DNA of 58,409 nt, from assembly GCA_964441745.1 (NCBI GenBank), contig CAYTYR010000015.1, forward strand, positions 1 through 58,409. The letters are read 5' to 3'. The stretch's first letter is position 1. Every line of letters starts with the position of its first letter. Both the position numbers and the translations under genes were made by a program. Of the stretch, positions 9,602 through 18,505 are shown piece by piece. A model generated the notes under the pieces. That model was not told where the DNA came from and did no database searches. It saw nothing but the letters and a program-made list of their open reading frames with translations. Source of the DNA: an uncultured Clostridia bacterium (GTDB lineage: Bacteria; CAYTYR01; UBA6262).

Positions 9602-10535
9602 GAATCCTCTCTATCTGCGCTTTCTATTAATCTTTAATTGGCTGCATTTGCATCTGGTATTAATATGTCTTTGGCTGGTTTCCGTGATTTTATTTTATCA
9701 TCGTTATTTTGGTTTTAAGGCCAAACCATTAAAAAAATTTGATCCGCAACGGTTTTCTCTGGCTATTTTTGGTGATTGCCAGGGAGCCGACAATCCCTTC
9801 ACTTCTCTGCGTCCAACCTATTTTGTCTTTAATAACTTACTCGATAGCATCAATTCCCGCTTACCCCTGGCCACGGTCATTCTTGGCGATATGGTGGTCA
9901 CCGGCCGGGCCTACCACTATTACCGGTTCCGGCAGCAACTGGGCCGTTTAAGGACACTGCTATTTCCAGTTCTGGGGAACCATGACTTGAAACACACGGG
10001 CCGCGATTTTTTCACCAATATATTCGGCCCAACCTACTATTCTTCTTGCCTCGGATTAAACACCTTCCTCTTTTTAGATAACGCGGCTGGTTCTATTGAC
10101 TCCCAACAAATGGAGTGGCTGGAAACACAATTAAAAAACAATCAGGGTAACCGTTTATATGTTTTTATGCATCAGCCGCTGTTCGATCCGCGGCCGGGGC
10201 AGTCATATGCTATGAGTGACCGGGCACAGGCCAAAAAATTACAAGAGCTTTTTACCCGGGCTAAAGTCACGGCCGTATTTACCTCACATCTGCACGGGTA
10301 TTACTCCGCGGTTCAAGATGAGATACATTATTACATTACCGGCGGCGGCGGCAGTACCCTGACTTCTCCCCAGGATTATTACCATTACTTATTGCTGCAT
10401 ATCGATCACGACCAATTTAATATTGAAATAGTGCAGATCTCCCCGTTTCCTTCTGTCTCACTGTTTTTACGCTGGCTCTGGTTATTCACTCTATGGGGCT
10501 TAGTACTCTGGCTCACTTTTTCTTTGGTTCGCTGA
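9600..10535 (+). CDS. Calcineurin-like metallophosphoesterase with N- and C-terminal TM helices
   Basis: GDCQG, LGDMV, LGNHD, MHQP and SHLHG motifs. Start uncertain (9591 or 9600). Confidence 0.88.
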   Translation: MNPLYLRFLLIFNWLHLHLVLICLWLVSVILFYHRYFGFKAKPLKKFDPQRFSLAIFGDCQGADNPFTSLRPTYFVFNNLLDSINSRLPLATVILGDMVVTGRAYHYYRFRQQLGRLRTLLFPVLGNHDLKHTGRDFFTNIFGPTYYSSCLGLNTFLFLDNAAGSIDSQQMEWLETQLKNNQGNRLYVFMHQPLFDPRPGQSYAMSDRAQAKKLQELFTRAKVTAVFTSHLHGYYSAVQDEIHYYITGGGGSTLTSPQDYYHYLLLHIDHDQFNIEIVQISPFPSVSLFLRWLWLFTLWGLVLWLTFSLVR

Positions 10536-12927
10536 GATATCCCCACTCGGCCAGCATCTCCTTGAACACACCGCTGACCCCCGCCTGTTTTTCCCATTCC
10601 TGCTTATACTGTTCCAGGCGGCCCCAGGATAATGAAAAATCCGGCCCCGCCGCTGCCTGCTCAGGCGCTCCTTTGATTAAATAGAAATCAGGGCCCCCTA
10701 TTATTTTAGCCTGGTCGCTTAACAACGGCAGTCCCAGGCCGGATACCAGGATCCGTGACAGCGGGATCATTTTCCCGTCATATACTGCTTTAATTTTAAG
10801 CGCTGCGTCATACGGCACAGTGTTGAAGCGCAATACGGTTTTATCGCCGGAAGCCTTGAGCTTTAAAGTCTTGCCCTTAACAGAAACTGCTCCAGCGCCA
10901 ACAACTTGCTGGCCGCTAAATTTCCCATTACTGGTGATTTCCAGGGTCAGGATCTTCGACCCCATATTTTGTCCGGTAAAAATATTTATTTCCGGATCCG
11001 GCTCATACCGGTCCAGCAGTGAACGCATTCTCTGCCGCAAGCCAAAATCAGCAGCAATGATATTTTTCTGTTCTGGCGGATCATCCTTCAGGTCATACAG
11101 CTCTTCAGGAATAAATTCCTGCAAAACCTTACCCCGCTTTTCATAGACACCGAAATTGCGGATATATTTATATTGATCCTCTATCCAGAGCCCCTTATTA
11201 AACCGGCCCCGCAGGAAAATCATTTTTTTCGGCGGGAGATTATCTCCGGTAATAGCGGCAGCCAGGGAAAATCCCCTGAAATCCGCACGGGCCGGCAGGT
11301 TCAGCAGGTCCAAGACGGTCGGAGCCAAGTCTAGTTGTTCGGTAGTGGTTGTGACCCGCAAGGGGTTGGTGATCTTAGCCGGGAATTGCATGATTAAAGG
11401 TACGTGCACATCGCGGTCTTTCAAGCTGATCCCATGATCATGAAAGATCACTTTTTTGCGACCGCCAGGCAAGACCTGCCAGTCCAGGTTTTCCGCGTGA
11501 TCACTGGTCACGACCACCAGGGTATTCTCGCTTAGCCCCAGTTTTCCCAGGGCCGAGAACAACTGGCCCAGGTAATCGTCATTATAGGCTACTGAGGCTT
11601 CATATAAGGTCTGATACCAGCTTTGAGCGCTAAAATCAGTAAGCAGTGACCGGCTTTGCCATAAATAACGGAAAGGCGGTTTATACGGCCCGTGGGCAGA
11701 ATCATAATAGACCATTAACGCAAAAGGCAAACTGCCATTTTGCTGCAGCCAGGAGATCGCTTCATTAGTAATATGCACGTTACTGTAACCATAGCGTTCC
11801 ATAATGCGGGCATCATTAAAGCCAAAATCAACCCCAAATCCCGCGCCATCCGTAATAAGCGAGATCACGCCAATCGCCCCGGTAAGGTACCCATTATCAT
11901 GCAAAGCTGAAGCCAGGGTCGTAAATTTGCTCCGGTAATATTTTTGGCGGCTTTCGGTACTGGCCACATATTCCAGTGATACATCTCCCAATTCAAAGGG
12001 CAATCTTGACGTCAGGAAGGAAGTCACAGATTGCTTGGTCATGTTACCGTTAGCCAGGTGTTTTTCAAAAGAAATTCCCTGCGCCGCCAAGCGGTCAAGA
12101 TTCGGGGTATAACTGCGCCCATCAGCCTGGCAACCGATAGCCGCGCGGCCAGTGGCATCCATTACTACCAACAGCACATTGTATTTCGGTTCAGCTGTTT
12201 CAGCCGCGGCAGTAATGAGCGGATTACCCCAGAAAGCCTGCCCGCGATCACCCGTAGTGCTGAACTGTAATTGGACTTTTTGCCCGGCAAACAAAGACAA
12301 GTCCACAGCATAATCATACCAGCGGTGGTCACGCTCTTCCATCTGGACATCAAAATACTGCCGGAATAACCGGTATTTTTTATCTTCATAGCGATATGGA
12401 TAGCGTGGTAAAGGCCGGATCTTCTCCTTAAAAACATTTTTCACCGCCCCCATACCTGTATTCACCCTGACCTGAAATTCTATGGGCTGGTCCAGAATAC
12501 CGCAGGAGAAGATCAGCCGCGGGTCTTTCTTAGGCATGGTTAGTTCGTAAGTAATGATCGACGGAGCTGGGGCATAGAGGCAATTTTTATGTACCACTTT
12601 TAAAGGATACCAACCCAGGGAAACATGCATATTTTCCGGAATACGGTGAAAATCAGTATGATCATTAATCAGCGCTTGCTGTTTTAATTCTTGATACCTG
12701 GCGTTATAATCCTGATGGCTGATATGGGCCGCGGGGCTCAGGTCAATAAGATTATAAACGATATTGTTCCTGGCAGTGATCGGGGTGAACAAGAATTGCG
12801 GTTTGTTGACCCGGCGGTCATTAGGGATAATATAAATAGCCAGGAAAAGCAGGTAAAGCATCAGTCCCAGGCTGATGAGTATAAAAAGATATTTTATAAT
12901 TTTACGGATTATTTTATTGAACGGCAT
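10513..12927 (-). CDS. Sulfatase-fold hydrolase/transferase with N-terminal anchor
   Basis: NVLLVVMD, TPNLDRLAAQG, NMTKQS, HGPY, TSDHAE, HDHG and ELYDLKDDP motifs. Confidence 0.88.
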   Translation of the reverse strand: MPFNKIIRKIIKYLFILISLGLMLYLLFLAIYIIPNDRRVNKPQFLFTPITARNNIVYNLIDLSPAAHISHQDYNARYQELKQQALINDHTDFHRIPENMHVSLGWYPLKVVHKNCLYAPAPSIITYELTMPKKDPRLIFSCGILDQPIEFQVRVNTGMGAVKNVFKEKIRPLPRYPYRYEDKKYRLFRQYFDVQMEERDHRWYDYAVDLSLFAGQKVQLQFSTTGDRGQAFWGNPLITAAAETAEPKYNVLLVVMDATGRAAIGCQADGRSYTPNLDRLAAQGISFEKHLANGNMTKQSVTSFLTSRLPFELGDVSLEYVASTESRQKYYRSKFTTLASALHDNGYLTGAIGVISLITDGAGFGVDFGFNDARIMERYGYSNVHITNEAISWLQQNGSLPFALMVYYDSAHGPYKPPFRYLWQSRSLLTDFSAQSWYQTLYEASVAYNDDYLGQLFSALGKLGLSENTLVVVTSDHAENLDWQVLPGGRKKVIFHDHGISLKDRDVHVPLIMQFPAKITNPLRVTTTTEQLDLAPTVLDLLNLPARADFRGFSLAAAITGDNLPPKKMIFLRGRFNKGLWIEDQYKYIRNFGVYEKRGKVLQEFIPEELYDLKDDPPEQKNIIAADFGLRQRMRSLLDRYEPDPEINIFTGQNMGSKILTLEITSNGKFSGQQVVGAGAVSVKGKTLKLKASGDKTVLRFNTVPYDAALKIKAVYDGKMIPLSRILVSGLGLPLLSDQAKIIGGPDFYLIKGAPEQAAAGPDFSLSWGRLEQYKQEWEKQAGVSGVFKEMLAEWGYLSEPKKK

Positions 12928-14533
12928 TTTTTTTCTTCCCGGTAAAATAATTAATAATAAGATCTAAATTATGCCTGGCCGCGGCATTATCCGGCTCAAG
13001 CTCCAGCGCTTTGAGATAATAATCGCTGGCTCTATCCGGCCGGCCGACACGGCTGTAACAATTCCCCAGGTTAAGCAGTAAATTAATTTTAGTGCGCGCG
13101 TGGAGGAACTTAGCCTTAAGGCCTGTCTGATACGACGCGATAGCTTCTGTCCATAAACGTTCCCCTTCATAAGCCAAGCCTAAAACATTGTACAGTTCTG
13201 CGACATCAGGGTTTAGGTCCAGCGCTGCTTGATATTCCCTTATAGCTTGCCGATATTCCCTTTCTTTATAATATACTTCCCCTAAGGCAAAATGAGCCCG
13301 CGGTGATTCCGGTGAAGTTCTGACCGTGCTGGCCCATAAGGTATGATCATTCCGCCAATCCCTATTGCGCTTGACGGTCCTGACCATATATGTGGTTAAG
13401 AGGGCGAAGATCAAAAGGCAACCCAAAATAGTTTTACTGCGGTTCTGCTGTTTTTCCGTAATCAGCTGGCTTAACGGGACAGCTATCGCCATAGACATGC
13501 CAATCAGCGGAAGATACAAAAATCGTTCAGCCAGCAACGCCTCCAACGGGATAATATTAGAGACAGGCAATAAAGTTATCAGGAACCAAAACAGGCCAAA
13601 AGTAATGAGCTTTTCCTGGTGGCTGATCTTTATCGCCAGCACCAGGATCATCAAGATTAATCCTAAGCCGATGATCAGGCGTGGATCCGTGATACTTTTG
13701 GCAATATCCAATACATAATCAACAGTGAGTTCCCAGGGCAGGACTAATACTTTCAGGTAGTAATAAAAACTTTTCCCCATAGTGAGCAGGTTATACCAAA
13801 TACTGCCACCCCACCAGCCCCGCTGGCGCACCTGGCCCAAAACTAAGGTCCGGAGTAATAAATATAAGCCGCTAATAACCACCACTGGGAGATATGACCA
13901 CCACATATTGGCGGCTTTGCTTTTGTCCACTTTTAACACAAAATAATAATCATACAATATTAGCAGCAGGATAAAAATGATGGCTGTTTCTTTAGCCCAT
14001 AAGCTCAGGATAAAAAATAATATCGACCAGTAATAACCTTTCCGGTCTGGCCGCAGGTAGGATAGGAACGCCAGGAGCAGGAATAAGGCACATAAAAGAT
14101 TGCTCCGGGAAGCGACCCAGGAAACAGTCTCGCACTGCACCGGATGAATGGCAAAAACAGCAGCCGTCAGCCAGGCTGTCACCGGCAGATGGCAGAGGGA
14201 TAAAACTAATAAATATACCAGCATTACATTAGCAGCATGAAGCAGAATATTAACCAGATGATACCCGAAGGGATTTAAGCCCCAAAAATAATGATCCAGG
14301 GCTAAGCTGATGGCCGCCATTGGCCGGTAGATCATAAATTCCCGGTCACCTGAAAATGACCGGGTATCAGTAAAAAACCGTGGCGCATTTTTTATTTCTT
14401 TGATTGCCTGGTTATTGACGACAAATACTTTGTCATCGTAAACGAACTGATTATGCAGAGTATTATAAAAAGCCACTCCTACCAATAAAAGCAGCAGGCC
14501 AAATGGCAGTAGTTTATTCTTTAGTAAAGGCAT
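12914..14533 (-). CDS. TMTC/DUF1736-like GT-C fold membrane protein with C-terminal TPRs (putative protein O-glycosyltransferase)
   Basis: FVYDD, YRP, GYHLVNILLH, HPVQCETVSW, KETA, AERFLYLP and RNRDW motifs, then 3 TPRs. Confidence 0.9.
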   Translation of the reverse strand: MPLLKNKLLPFGLLLLLVGVAFYNTLHNQFVYDDKVFVVNNQAIKEIKNAPRFFTDTRSFSGDREFMIYRPMAAISLALDHYFWGLNPFGYHLVNILLHAANVMLVYLLVLSLCHLPVTAWLTAAVFAIHPVQCETVSWVASRSNLLCALFLLLAFLSYLRPDRKGYYWSILFFILSLWAKETAIIFILLLILYDYYFVLKVDKSKAANMWWSYLPVVVISGLYLLLRTLVLGQVRQRGWWGGSIWYNLLTMGKSFYYYLKVLVLPWELTVDYVLDIAKSITDPRLIIGLGLILMILVLAIKISHQEKLITFGLFWFLITLLPVSNIIPLEALLAERFLYLPLIGMSMAIAVPLSQLITEKQQNRSKTILGCLLIFALLTTYMVRTVKRNRDWRNDHTLWASTVRTSPESPRAHFALGEVYYKEREYRQAIREYQAALDLNPDVAELYNVLGLAYEGERLWTEAIASYQTGLKAKFLHARTKINLLLNLGNCYSRVGRPDRASDYYLKALELEPDNAAARHNLDLIINYFTGKKKNAVQ

Positions 14534-14539
14534 GTAATT

Positions 14540-14568
14540 ATTTTACCACTCTTATGGTGAAATCTCAA
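14540..14568 (-). promoter_or_regulatory. Sigma70-type promoter, probably giving a leaderless mRNA
   Basis: TTGAGA (14568-14563), 17 nt spacer, TG-G-TAAAAT (14545-14540). The ATG at 14533 is 7 nt downstream and has no SD. Confidence 0.55.
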
Positions 14569-14569
14569 T

Positions 14570-14606
14570 AAAAAACGGCAGGGATTTGTTCCCCCCTGCC
14601 GTTTTT
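14570..14606 (-). terminator. Intrinsic (possibly bidirectional) terminator after degP
   Basis: AAAAACGGCAGGG...CCCTGCCGTTTTT hairpin with A/T tracts on both sides. Confidence 0.85.
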
Positions 14607-14642
14607 AACCGCCGTCTGCCAGCCGCTATCTGCCAGCTGGTT

Positions 14643-16205
14643 TTATTTTTCCTGAATAGTCAAATAGATCAGCCGCCCTTGGCGGTTTATGTCAAAAACA
14701 ATACCGTCGCTCAATTTAGCCGCAGCGGTAATTTTTTCAAATTCCTTAATCGTAGTAATTGCCTGCCGATTAATAGAACGGATCAGATCCTTCTCCTGCA
14801 GGCCGGCACTCTCGGCTTTACTGCCGGGACTTAACTCGATAATAACGACCCCTTTTTCCGTACTCTCCACCCCTAGTTGAGCGGCTATTTCTTTGGTTAA
14901 TGGCTTAACTTTCATCCCTAACCATTCCTTGGAAACCTGGTCTGTCCCGGGTGCTCCATCCTGCTCCTGAACCAGGCTTTTTCCCCCTTCCTTAGCCTCA
15001 GCGGGCATCTCGCCGACTACCAGGTCAAATAATTCTTCTTTATTATTGCGCCAGACCTTAACTTTGGCTTTCTTCTTTGGTTCAGTCTGCGCGACTAAAT
15101 CCTGTAATCCCATGGTATCTTTGACTGGTTTCCCATTATATTCAATAATAATATCACCGCGCTTTAGCCCCGCTCTTTCTGCCGGGGCATCTTTCATGAC
15201 ATTATTCAAGAGCACCCCTCTGGCTTCTTTTAAGCCAAATTGTTTGGCCACCGCTTCATCTACCGGCCTTATTTCTACACCCAGCCACCCGCGGACGACC
15301 TTCCCCTTTTCAATCAACTGCCCCAATATCGCCTTAGCCTTGTTTATCGGCGTGGCAAAACCGACGCCGACAAAACCCCCGGTAGGAGTGTAGATCGCCG
15401 TGTTAATACCGATCACTTCTCCTTTAATATTGATCAAGGGGCCACCGCTATTACCCTGATTGATAGCGGCGTCAGTCTGGATCATTTCCCGGAGTTGCTG
15501 GTTGTCTACCGTTAATGATTGTCTTCTGGCGCTGATAATACCAACGGTTACGGTCTGCTCCAGTCCGAATGGAGAGCCGATCGCTATGGCCCAATCGCCG
15601 ACCCTGATCCGATCAGAGTCGCCCAGCATCGCGGCTGGCAATTTATTAGCGGGTATTTTAATTATCGCCAGGTCAGTTTTAGCATCTTGGCCAATAATCT
15701 TGCCTTTAAATTTTCTTTCGTCACTGAGAGTCACTTCTATTTCATTGGCGCCGCCAATAACATGGTTATTGGTTAAAATATAGCCGTCAGCGCTGATAAT
15801 GACGCCGCTGCCGGTCCCGCTTAATTTACGTTCCAGATACTTTTTTTGCGTTTTAGGCCGCTGCTGGTTGGGCGGCTGTCCATTAAAAAAATCATCAAAA
15901 AAATTATCGAACGGGTTGCCAAAGAAAAACTCATATGGCTGGTATTCCTGTTTGACGATCTGAGTCGTGGAAATATTGACGACAGTAGGCTTAAGCTGGT
16001 CAGCAATAATGACAAAAGCATCTTGTAAATTCATTACCGCCTGCGGTACGGCAATTTCCGGTTTTACCGTTGGCCCTAAATTAAGATTCTGAGCGCTGGT
16101 ACACCACAAGGAATTTAAGCTGCGGCCAAAAAATGCTCCCGCGCCAAGCAGTAACACCACCAGGAACAACATCGTCATAAACCTGATCTTTATCTTCCTG
16201 TCCAT
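14643..16205 (-). CDS. degP: DegP/DegQ (HtrA) periplasmic serine protease with two PDZ domains
   Basis: GSGVII, TNNHVI, DLAIIK and TDAAINQGNSGGPL motifs; two PDZ domains. Confidence 0.95.
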   Translation of the reverse strand: MDRKIKIRFMTMLFLVVLLLGAGAFFGRSLNSLWCTSAQNLNLGPTVKPEIAVPQAVMNLQDAFVIIADQLKPTVVNISTTQIVKQEYQPYEFFFGNPFDNFFDDFFNGQPPNQQRPKTQKKYLERKLSGTGSGVIISADGYILTNNHVIGGANEIEVTLSDERKFKGKIIGQDAKTDLAIIKIPANKLPAAMLGDSDRIRVGDWAIAIGSPFGLEQTVTVGIISARRQSLTVDNQQLREMIQTDAAINQGNSGGPLINIKGEVIGINTAIYTPTGGFVGVGFATPINKAKAILGQLIEKGKVVRGWLGVEIRPVDEAVAKQFGLKEARGVLLNNVMKDAPAERAGLKRGDIIIEYNGKPVKDTMGLQDLVAQTEPKKKAKVKVWRNNKEELFDLVVGEMPAEAKEGGKSLVQEQDGAPGTDQVSKEWLGMKVKPLTKEIAAQLGVESTEKGVVIIELSPGSKAESAGLQEKDLIRSINRQAITTIKEFEKITAAAKLSDGIVFDINRQGRLIYLTIQEK

Positions 16206-16222
16206 ATTTTACTCTCCTTTTA

Positions 16223-16326
16223 CAGCGTTCAGTTATCAGCGTTCAGCGGACAGTTATCAGCGTTCAGAAAAACTTTAGTTAGTGTGCCAGTTGCTGTACG
16301 CTGTACGCTGTACGCTGTACGCTGTA
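16223..16326. repeat. Heptamer-built palindrome in the degP 5' region
   Basis: CAGCGTT/CAGTTAT-type units x6 (16223-16267) and perfect GCTGTAC x4 plus GCTGTA (16293-16326). The arms are complementary. Confidence 0.85.
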
Positions 16327-16331
16327 AATAT

Positions 16332-16359
16332 TAGACTCTGCAAATGCAAAAAAGTTCCC
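16332..16359 (-). promoter_or_regulatory. ECF (RpoE-like) promoter of degP
   Basis: GGGAAC-N16-AGTCTA. It reads GGAACTT...GTCTAA, the classical sigmaE consensus. Confidence 0.75.
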
Positions 16360-16418
16360 ATAAATGAAAGAACGTCCGTAACCAAACGGGAGTTTTTATA
16401 GCTAATTAAATTATATTC

Positions 16419-17111
16419 TTAAAGTATAACTCTCAATATAATGCCGCCGGCAACCGCCGCTAAGACACTGATCAGGACCGAAACAGTGGAATATGTTTCC
16501 CGGCTTAAATAACGCACCAGGAAGACCACAGGGACAAAAATATACCAATATCCGGGAGCACTCACTAAAATTAAAATTAATACTCTTTCCAGCACCCCGT
16601 AATATTTAAACTTCGGCGGGATCTCCACGTCAGGCAGTTTTTTGACCAGTTTCTCTGTATAGGGTATGAGGATTGAACCGCCAAAACCGATCCCGACCAG
16701 GAAAGTCAGATAGGCCACCAGCCAATCCTGGCTATACCAGTAAAACCAGGAACTGCGGTCAACGGCATATTTAGTTACGCTGATCGGCAGCAGGAACACT
16801 GTGCTAATAAAGGCCAGATGTAAAAACTGGTCCAGGAGAAAAAGCCATACTGTATCATGGCTGTTGTTCCGGTTATAGATAATCTTCAACACATCCTGCA
16901 GGCCATGGGACACAAATAAAAAAATTAGAAAAAACCAAAAATCCGGCCGCTCCCATAAAGGCCACAGCAAGAGGGCGCTGACCATGATAAAAATACCCGC
17001 ATGCAAGAAAGAACCCCACGGATATTTCGTTTTCAGGAAATATATTTTATTGGTCTGGAGCGGAAAATCAGCAATAAAATGCGCCAGTAATAACCGCCAG
17101 AAAACGAACAT
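16419..17111 (-). CDS. DUF3307 membrane protein
   Basis: LLAHFIADFPLQT, HGLQD, DQFLH and GVLER motifs. Confidence 0.85.
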   Translation of the reverse strand: MFVFWRLLLAHFIADFPLQTNKIYFLKTKYPWGSFLHAGIFIMVSALLLWPLWERPDFWFFLIFLFVSHGLQDVLKIIYNRNNSHDTVWLFLLDQFLHLAFISTVFLLPISVTKYAVDRSSWFYWYSQDWLVAYLTFLVGIGFGGSILIPYTEKLVKKLPDVEIPPKFKYYGVLERVLILILVSAPGYWYIFVPVVFLVRYLSRETYSTVSVLISVLAAVAGGIILRVIL

Positions 17112-17122
17112 ATTAGTGTCCC

Positions 17123-18493
17123 CTAGGCCTTTCTGCCCTTCAGAGCATAGAGCTTCACTGGTTTTTCTTTACCCCGGATAGGAACATCGCTGAGTTCCTG
17201 TACTTCTACCAAATCTTTTACTTCCTGGTAGGTGCTTTCGCTGATCAGGATATCGGTCTTGAATTCTTTATTCAAGGCTTCCATGCGGGAAGTCAAATTT
17301 ACCGTATCACCGATCACTGTATATTCGGTTTTGTGTTCAGAGCCGATATTCCCTGCGACTACTTCCCCAGTATGGACCGCTATGCCAATGCGCAAAGGTT
17401 CTTTCCCCTCCTGCTGGCGCTCAATATTGAATTTGACTAATTGATCACGCATCTCCAGCGCCGTCAGGACCGCCCTTCTGGCATCGTCTTCGTGCGGCAT
17501 CGCGTCACCAAATACGGCCAGGATCGCATCACCGATAAATTTATCCAGCCGGCCATCATATTTGACTACCACATCCACCATGATATTAAAATAGCGGTTA
17601 AGGAATTCAACCACTTCTTCTGGTTCAATTTTTTCACTGATGCTGGTAAAACTGCGGATGTCAGACAAGAGGATGGTAGCTTTTTTACGTTCCCCGGCCA
17701 ATTGCAGGCGCCCATCAAGAATTGCCTCCGCCACTTGCTTGGTCACATACCGGCCGAACGTGTTCCTGATCCGGTCCCGGTCTTTCAGCCCTTTGACCAT
17801 GCTGTTAAAAGAATGCGCCAGATCCTGTAATTCATCATGAGTATTGATCCTAACCTGCACCTCCAGGTTTCCGCTGCCTATCCGGCGCGCTGCGTCTGCC
17901 AGTTTGTTGACCGGGCGCACCATCAAGGTTACCATGAGAATCGTGATCAGGATCCCCGCTCCCAGTATAGCTCCGGTTATATAAATTATTTTTTTTCTTT
18001 TTTCAGCTAAGGCAGCAGCGATACTTTTCTGGGAAAACCCGATACGCACTGTACCGGCTTTGACATTTTGTCCGACCATCACTGGCGCCGCAATATCAAA
18101 CAGCTCTTCTGGCCCTAACCAAAAAGGCTGGATAATGGTCTGGGTGGTCACGGCCGCCCGCTTACCTTCCTCACTGTTATCCTGCCGCCCGATCTTTTCT
18201 TTCTGGTTATGGGAAAGGATCCGGCCCTGGTCATCCAAAACCATGGCATACAACACTGCTTGTTCCTTGACCATTTCCTGGACATTGAAATAGAGCTGAA
18301 AATCATCTGGCTTTGGAAACAAAGCTTCTTTCACGCTGCGCGCAAAAAATTCAGCTCTGATCTCCATTTCCTTGACCAGGGATTGCTGGGTCTGCTGGAG
18401 AATCAAGGTAGCCATGATCCACATTACCGTAATAATAATGAGGGAAACTATGACGCTGAATTTAAGCGCTATACGGCTGACTCTAAATTTCAC
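17123..18493 (-). CDS. Membrane class III adenylate/guanylate cyclase with periplasmic sensor and HAMP domain
   Basis: TM-sensor-TM-HAMP, then SDIRSFT, DKFIGDA and EYTVIGDTVNLTSRME. K/T residues are ATP-type. Confidence 0.93.
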   Translation of the reverse strand: MKFRVSRIALKFSVIVSLIIITVMWIMATLILQQTQQSLVKEMEIRAEFFARSVKEALFPKPDDFQLYFNVQEMVKEQAVLYAMVLDDQGRILSHNQKEKIGRQDNSEEGKRAAVTTQTIIQPFWLGPEELFDIAAPVMVGQNVKAGTVRIGFSQKSIAAALAEKRKKIIYITGAILGAGILITILMVTLMVRPVNKLADAARRIGSGNLEVQVRINTHDELQDLAHSFNSMVKGLKDRDRIRNTFGRYVTKQVAEAILDGRLQLAGERKKATILLSDIRSFTSISEKIEPEEVVEFLNRYFNIMVDVVVKYDGRLDKFIGDAILAVFGDAMPHEDDARRAVLTALEMRDQLVKFNIERQQEGKEPLRIGIAVHTGEVVAGNIGSEHKTEYTVIGDTVNLTSRMEALNKEFKTDILISESTYQEVKDLVEVQELSDVPIRGKEKPVKLYALKGRKA

Positions 18494-18505
18494 ATTAAAC
18501 TCCCT

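Noticed and set aside
16293-16326. Tandem repeats as a possible CRISPR array
   Set aside because: The 7-bp units have no spacers and there are no cas genes. The 13-mer doublets elsewhere have only two units each.
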